Notes under the pieces: generated by a model
Seen by the model: only the letters and a program-made list of their open reading frames with translations
Told to the model about the DNA's origin: nothing
Databases searched by the model: none
Assembly (NCBI GenBank): GCA_964016885.1
Contig: OZ024749.1
Span: 24,366,001 to 24,430,000, forward strand
Reading direction: 5' to 3'
DNA from: Eledone cirrhosa
Taxonomy: Eukaryota
DNA: 64,000 nt
Position numbers and translations under genes: made by a program
Part shown: positions 55,458-64,000 of the stretch, piece by piece
How the letters are laid out: each line of letters starts with the position of its first letter
Position numbering within the stretch: the stretch's first letter is position 1

Positions 55458-55491
<34 letters not shown>

Positions 55492-55705
55492 TGTATACAT
55501 ATATATATATGTATATGTATACATATATATATATGTATACATATATATATATGTATACATATATATATGTATACATATATATATATGTATACATATATAT
55601 ATAGGATACATATATATATACATATATATATATACATATATATATACATATATATATATACATATATATATGTATACATATATATGTATACATATATATG
55701 TATAC

Positions 55706-55742
<37 letters not shown>

Positions 55743-55778
55743 CATATATATGTATATATATACATATATATATATATG

Positions 55779-55847
<69 letters not shown>

Positions 55848-55866
55848 GTATACATATATATATATA
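54600..55866. repeat. (TA)n-derived microsatellite
   Basis: Direct reading. Confidence 0.95.
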
Positions 55867-56944
55867 TAGAGAGATAGAGAAGTAGATAGATATTTTTATA
55901 TATATATACGTTTTCATGTATTCATATATATATGTATGTGTGTTTGTGCATGCGTATGTATGTCTGTGTACATATATTACTCTATATATGTATGTGTGTG
56001 CGCGTGCGCATGTGCGTGTATACTTGTGTGAGCATGTGTATACATCGTGCCAGGCTTCTTCCGGTTAAGCGCCTATGCGGCGACGAATACATTCAATTTT
56101 TTCGACAGGTGGTTTTTAATGAAACATTCACTCCTGTGTGTGAACATATATGATTAAACTGCCACCTAGCGCCAGAAAAGGAAATTACAGGATATAGAAT
56201 GGATTGGAATATAATGGAGTTCAGAGAAGAAATAGATGAAAGAGGAGCGGGAGGTATAGGAGTTAAAAAATTGAATAGAAAATTTGGAACATTCATTTTA
56301 CAGACTTTGTACACTGAAAGGGTTTCAATGCCGTTGCCATTCTGCTGTTTTTGCTACTGTTTTTGCAGTTGTTTTGTTTTGTTGCTGTTGTTGTAGTTGT
56401 TGTTGCTGTTGTTGTTACAGTTTTGACATATTTTCTTTATGTTTTTTCTTATTTCTTGTATGGTTTCTTTCAAATATATTTTTAATCCTTCGGGTGAAAA
56501 GAGTGACAAAATTCCGTATTTGTTAACGGTACAACACAACACACGTTGATTGGAGTCATTCAGTGCCAATGTAATATATATATTACATTCGATCACCTTC
56601 GTTTACGATGACAATTGCTCGAGGTAATTCAATCAACGGAAATGCTTGCTAGTGAAACTAACGCGATAGTTGCTGACTATTCTACAATATATTAGCGCCT
56701 TTAATATAGTTCTAAAGGTGATTCAGCAAGAGGCAATATGTGACATGATTGGTTTCATAAAATGTAGCAAATTGTATTTTGTTATTTTTGCCGCAGAATG
56801 GCCAAAACAGTTCTATACAAGGAGGGAACACACTGCCATGGCAACAAGTCCATTTCACAAGCTTACGATGTGAGATGCACAACATAACAGCTAATAACAT
56901 GCCTTCTGTCCTTACATAAAACGTAGATACATCCACACACACAT

Positions 56945-57750
<806 letters not shown>

Positions 57751-58829
57751 TCTTTTACCTGTTTCAGCCATCCGGCTGAGGCCATGCTGGGCCACCGCCC
57801 TTGTTGCTATACATTTTATCTCCAGCCTGTATAGGTTGGCCACTGGTGTAAGAGGGAGTTTGTTGCTGCTGCCCTTAGGTTTCCCTCGTGTCTTGCTGTG
57901 GGCTCATCCGGGATCCTGGACAACAAGGCGTCGAGATGTTTCTTCAAGACATCCTCCTCCACGTCATGCAAATCTCTCATATCCCTCGGCAGCCTGTTGA
58001 AGTGTTGAGGGCCTTTGAATCCCAGGCTATTGCAATACCTGCTTCTTATTCTAGATGTGGAAGACGGGACCTTTGGCACCACACGGTGACGTCCTCTTGG
58101 ACGGTTGATCCAGCTCCCAATGCCAAAGTTTGGTGCTAGTCCCTCCAGGATTTTCCACATGTAGTCACTGCGTATCTCTCCCGTCTTCGCTCCAAGGAGT
58201 AGAGGTTCAGTTCCTTTAGCCTCTCCCAGTAGCTTCTCTCCCTCATCTTGGCAATCCTCTTGGTGTAGCTTCAATGGATTGCCTCAAGCTCCGTGGTTAG
58301 TTTGACACTATGGGGTGACCACAACTGGGAGCAGTAGTCCAGGCGGCTTAGGACAAATGTACTCCATAGTGTCGACATGGTGTCTCGATCTCTTGTCCGG
58401 AAAGTCCTCAAGATCCAGCCAGCGAGTCGTCTGCACATTGTCGCCACTTTCATGATGTGTGAAGAAAAAGATGCATCATCGCTCATGTTCATGCCAAGGT
58501 CTCGTATCCATTTTGACACGGGGATATCGGTCGCTCCTGGTCCTGTGTAGTTGTGTTCCACTATATTTGTGTTTGCAGGTTTGTTTGGAGGTTTGTATTG
58601 TAGGGCTTGGAACTTGCCAGCATTAAACTGCATGTTGTTTTCTTCCGCCCATTTGTATATGGCATCCAGATCCTGCTGTAAAAGGGCAGCGTCAGCCGGG
58701 TTTTTGATTGCCTGTGCTACCTTAGTGTCATCAGCATAGCTATGAGGGCATGTCTGAGAGAGCCACCAAAAACAGTAGTGGTCCCAGGACTGTCCCCTGG
58801 GGCACCCCACTTGTTATTGGTGTTTCCTT

Positions 58830-58830
<1 letters not shown>
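57751..58830 (-). pseudogene. CR1/L2-group LINE 3' RT fragment
   Basis: [33 protein letters not shown]...MQFN..K, RDLG, SRLDYCSQLWSP; frameshifts. Confidence 0.88.
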
Positions 58831-58900
<70 letters not shown>

Positions 58901-58995
58901 TATACACATACACACACACATATATATATATATATGCATATATATATATATATATACACGCACACACACATATATATACTCACATATATATATAT

Positions 58996-59041
<46 letters not shown>

Positions 59042-59042
<1 letters not shown>

Positions 59043-61128
59043 GTTTTGCGAGGTTTTTTTATATGAAATCGTGTGTCGAAACAAATATTGTTATACTTGG
59101 GGAGGGTCATATTTGTGTAATATTGCCAGAATTAATAACAGAACACACTCACTGTTTGGTTGGTTTTCGCTTCTGTGTCTTTTATATGGGTAATCTAATT
59201 TATTCGGTCCTCAATGTTGCCATTGACTGACCAACGGTCAAAAATAATACAGATACAATATAGACACAAACACATATATATATATAGTTTATCAAAGTTA
59301 TTTGGTTGCACATCTGCAACATCGTCAGTGGTGGTATTGTTTCCTCCCGTTACATTGTATGTCTACGCCATCTTTATTTAGTCTGTTTATATATTTATTT
59401 ATTTATTTGTTTGTTTGTTTATTTTATTTTGTCTTCTTTGCGCATGCGTTTGCGTGTGTGTATAGTGATTTGTTTGATATGTGTTCGTAATTGGTTGACT
59501 GTGTATTGGTTAATGTATTTTATCTTTACTAGTGTGTGTTTATATGTGTTTGTTGTTATTGTGCTTGTGTATGTATTTATTTATTTATATATTTATGTAT
59601 GTATTTATTTATACTTCTCTTAGGTCAGTGTTGCTTGTTTGGGTGTTGTTGTTATTCCATTCATTCTTTCTGTTTAGTCTTGGCCTTCTAAGTTCTATGT
59701 CACATGCCTCTCTGATTTGCCTATCTGCTTGTTAATTTCTATGTTTAGATATTATTCTAATTTCTATGTTGTCTATGTTACCGTCGTGTTGTTGTCTGGA
59801 ATGTTCGTATAGTACTGATCCGTTTTTTCGTCTTTTCAGTTCCCCCCAGTGTTGGTCTATCCTTTCACCTATGCTACTAGCTGTCTCGCCTATGTATGTT
59901 GTTGTCATGTTTCTGCAAGTACCCTCTGTACATCTTATGCTATAGACTACGTTTCCAGTTTTACAGTTTATCCGGGAGTTTACCTTACATATGATACATT
60001 TGCTATTAGTACAGTGGGTTTTCTTAAAAGGGTAGGTTTTGATGATCAGGGATTTTATGGTGGTTCCTGGCTTTTCTACCACCTTAATCTTTAAGTGGGT
60101 CTTTCTCAGGGCCTTTCTACACTGGTTAGCTAATTTTCCTCCAGGGGTAGCGTCCACAAACATGACACTCTGGTATCTCTGGTTGTCGTACCATGAGGGG
60201 GCTTTCCCTCTCTTATGTCGAGCCCTATCTAAGCTATTCCATGATTTGCTCCTGTATAATGGGCAAATTCCTTTCATGTTCAGTTCTATGAGGGTCTTAT
60301 AATTCTCCATGTCTCCTTCGTATACTCTGACTCTGTCTCTTTGGTTGTAGTCAGAGAACTGCATGCGGTTGATGAAGTGTTGGATGTTTCTTTTTATTTC
60401 TGTAGGCTCGCACATGCGGGCCACATTCTTCACCACTCGTACCAAATCTGCGATCAGAATATTAAACTTAGCACTACTGGACATTGCTGAGTTTTTGAGT
60501 ATCAGGTATTTGGAGGCCATGGGTTTAGCATAGTCTAAGTGGAGAATTTGGGCTCTCTCATCTATAGTGTTAATCCAGAGTTACGTGTCTAATACAGGTA
60601 GTCTATTTTTAGGGTGTTTGGAAGGGTAGTCGATAGTTACAGTTATACTCTGGTGTATGGAATTAGCTATCTGCTGGATGCTTTCCATTGTACTACGTTC
60701 TAAATCAAACTTGTTAGTGCTCTCTAGTGGGGATGTTCTTATAACTATATTGATTTCGTCTACGTAACGAGAGTAGATGTTGAGGTCTATGGAGCTCTCA
60801 TTAATGAGATCTTTAAGTCTCCTTTCCCACCATACTATAAAAAGTTTGGCAACATCACCAGCACGGGAGGAAACAATAGCACCACTGACGATGTTGCAGA
60901 TGTGTAGCGAAAGAACTTTGATAAACTATATATATGTGTTTGTGTCTATATTGTATCTTTATTATTTTTGACCGTTGGTCAGTCAATGGCAACATTGAGG
61001 ACCGAATAAATTAGATTACCGATATAAAAGACACAGAAGCGAAAAGCGAAAAGCAACCAAACAGTGAGTGTGTTCTGTTATTAATTCTGGCAATATTACA
61101 CAAATATGACCCTCCCCAAGTATAACAA
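59042..61128. mobile_element. Family P1b PLE: tailed long arm (minus) plus inverted short arm (60863-61128)
   Basis: 60863-61128 mirrors 59086-59350; HHR at ~60881-60923 plus (CTGACGA-t-gttgc..gtagc-GAAAG-aa-CTT). Confidence 0.9.
59610..60862 (-). pseudogene. PLE RT C-terminal half + GIY-YIG with stops
   Basis: AGDVAKLF.VWW, YSRYVDE, ILIADLVRV, YIGETA; collinear with the P1 ORF. Confidence 0.9.
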
Positions 61129-61131
61129 TAA

Positions 61132-61219
<88 letters not shown>

Positions 61220-61221
61220 AC

Positions 61222-61276
<55 letters not shown>

Positions 61277-61358
61277 AATATATATATACACACACATATA
61301 TATATATAAATATATATATACACACACATATATATATATATATAAATATATATATACT

Positions 61359-61393
<35 letters not shown>

Positions 61394-61444
61394 AGATATA
61401 TATTTATATATATATATGTGTGTATATTTATATATATATATATA

Positions 61445-61530
<86 letters not shown>

Positions 61531-62109
61531 AAATATAATATGTTGAAAAGGTAACACACCAAAGAGAGATATACAGGGCGTTATCAATAATACAGGGAAA
61601 AAACCACCAGTATATGGAATCTATAACCTATGAAAGACAGACTATAGACACGATAATTAAAAATATAAATTAAAGCGTAAATAAATACCTCTATAACTAT
61701 ATAACTCACGTACAAATCCAGAGACACTAATCCAAAGATATGTTTCACCAATAATTTGTTGAAAGAAATGGGTTAGACTCGGTTCCTCAGCGTGTGTAAG
61801 GCTATACATTTCAGACAACACTAAGAGAATTTTAAAATTGACTGTCCAGCTACACGTGGGAGAGGGAAGTCACAGCGTGTTTAAGGGCAGTGAACCAGTG
61901 GCCTCTGCTAGAAAGGGCAGCCGATAGCCACTCAGAGAAGTGTGCTCAACCAAACAGAGATGGGAAAGACTGTTATTAGGAGCGAAATATCACGATAAAT
62001 TAACGGAGGCATAGGCCCTCGCTATTCCCTGTAAATAATGTGCTCAAATGAGAATACGAGTGAGATTTACTTCTTTCAACGTAACATCATTTTATAGTAG
62101 TTTCTCAAT

Positions 62110-62646
62110 AATGATGATGATCATTTATCATCATCATCATCATCACGATGAAGGGGTTATTGGTGGTGATCATAATGATATTGATGAGGAGGAGTGTGGC
62201 GTTGATGCCATATATGATGATGATGATGATGATATATTGGTGATGTTGATGATGATGATGGTTATATGGATGATGTTGTTGATGATGTTGATGTTATGCA
62301 TGGTGATGAGGATGATGATCATGTTGTAGATGATCATGTTGATGATGATGATGATGATGAAGATGATGATCATGTTGATGATGACGATGAAGATGACGAT
62401 GGGTAGGAGGAGTATATATATGTTAATGATGGGGGATGGTGATAATGATGATGATGGTGGAGGTTGTGGAGGTGATGGCGGTGGTGGCGGTGATGATGAT
62501 GATGATGATGGTGGTGGTGGAGGCGATGATGATGATGGTGGTGGTGGTGGAGGTGATAATGATGATGGTGGTCATAATGATGATAATTATGATGATGATG
62601 GTCATAATGATGATGACGGTGGTCATAACGATGATGATGATGGTGA
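62110..62646. repeat. (GAT)n/(GGT)n trinucleotide field
   Basis: Direct reading. Confidence 0.92.
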
Positions 62647-62932
62647 AGACAAGTGCGAGGATGACTCTGTGAAACCGCTAGATGAAACCGCTAGATGAGA
62701 GTAAATGATTCCATCGTGCAACTCATTGATTTTTAATCTAGCTGACTCGATGACTCATGCATAAATGGAGAGGGAAGAATATGTGTGTGCTTTGCATTTC
62801 AGAGAAATGTTATATAATCTATCACGAACATGTCTTGACCAAATGACATCATGTTGTTTGAAATCCCTTTCAAAATGAATTTGTCAAAGGAACTGCCTGG
62901 CGTACTGGATTAGGATAGCATCTAACAATCAA

Positions 62933-63010
62933 ATCCCATCACATCCCATCACATCACACCATAGCACAGCATAGCACAGCATAGCACAGCTTAGCACAGC
63001 ATAGCACAGC
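62933..63010. repeat. Penta/decamer repeat (catagcacag)n
   Basis: Direct reading. Confidence 0.9.
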
Positions 63011-63132
63011 CCTACATTACTACATTAGTATCAACGAACGAACGAACGAACGTTACATTGACACCTCTGTTATCATGTGTGTTCATATATCCTCTATCGT
63101 TTTTATGTATCCATATATATATAAATGAAATA

Positions 63133-63199
<67 letters not shown>

Positions 63200-63200
63200 G

Positions 63201-63246
<46 letters not shown>

Positions 63247-63331
63247 CACGCACACACACACATGTATATATATATATACATATAGATGAAAACACATATC
63301 TATGTATATATATATATATATTCACACACAC

Positions 63332-63373
<42 letters not shown>

Positions 63374-63418
63374 CTGCAAATGCGTATATGTATATATAAT
63401 TATCTAATATATATAAAC

Positions 63419-63512
<94 letters not shown>

Positions 63513-63805
63513 CAGATAGATAGGTAGAGAGAATGATTGATGACACTTACTGAGAAACAAGGACAGGTCCAAAAATGTAAATGGAAAGATAAACGTAAAA
63601 ATATAAACATTCGCAGATATACATATATTTGCATACATATATTTGCATACATGTATGTACACACGCGCACGCGCGCACACATGTATGTATGGGTGTATTT
63701 ACGTATGGATAAATGTGCACAGGCGTTTAAAGAAATACAAAGCTACCTGTAAATAAAATGATCTGTAAAATGTATATATACAGATACTGAAGACGAGAGA
63801 CTGGT

Positions 63806-63863
<58 letters not shown>

Positions 63864-63867
63864 CTTA

Positions 63868-64000
63868 ATGGTGGTGGTGTTGGTGTTGGTGATGGTGTTG
63901 GTCTGGGGGTGGTGTTGATGATGGTGGTAGTGTTGGTGCTGTTGTTGTGGTGGGGTGGTGTTGATGATGGTGGTAGTGTTGGTGCTGTTGTTGTGGTGGG
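63868..64000. repeat. (GGT/TGT)n repeat
   Basis: Direct reading. Confidence 0.9.

Noticed and set aside
56157-56175. CTCF-like motif (also 54527-54541)
   Set aside because: Single short motif matches expected by chance; no supporting data
62048-62698. Asp/Gly/Met-rich ORFs
   Set aside because: Trinucleotide repeat translations

Overview
Repeat-saturated, AT-rich animal intergenic or intronic DNA, probably octopus (inferred from the SINE and RTE motifs and the extreme (TA)n content). No host gene could be supported, and almost all ORFs in the track are translations of (TA)n/(CA)n. Real content: (i) several Penelope-like retroelement (PLE; RT + GIY-YIG) families, including a young 6.4-kb palindrome with two identical RT-EN cassettes; (ii) an apparently intact RTE-clade LINE and a CR1-type fragment; (iii) SINEs and a piggyBac-type MITE; (iv) about 20 type I hammerhead ribozyme (HHR) motifs, found by eye. 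Two highlights. First, two unrelated ~600-nt non-coding retrozyme-like families, one a near-perfect 3.5x 591-bp array, use a variant UUGANAA (U3-A8) hammerhead core that a CUGANGA search would miss. Second, about 15 insertions from at least 5 families follow one rule: two head-to-head arms point their 3' ends outward into (TA)n, one always ending at a fixed 'short' terminus and the other at a fixed 'tailed' terminus. All alignments and folds were done by eye.
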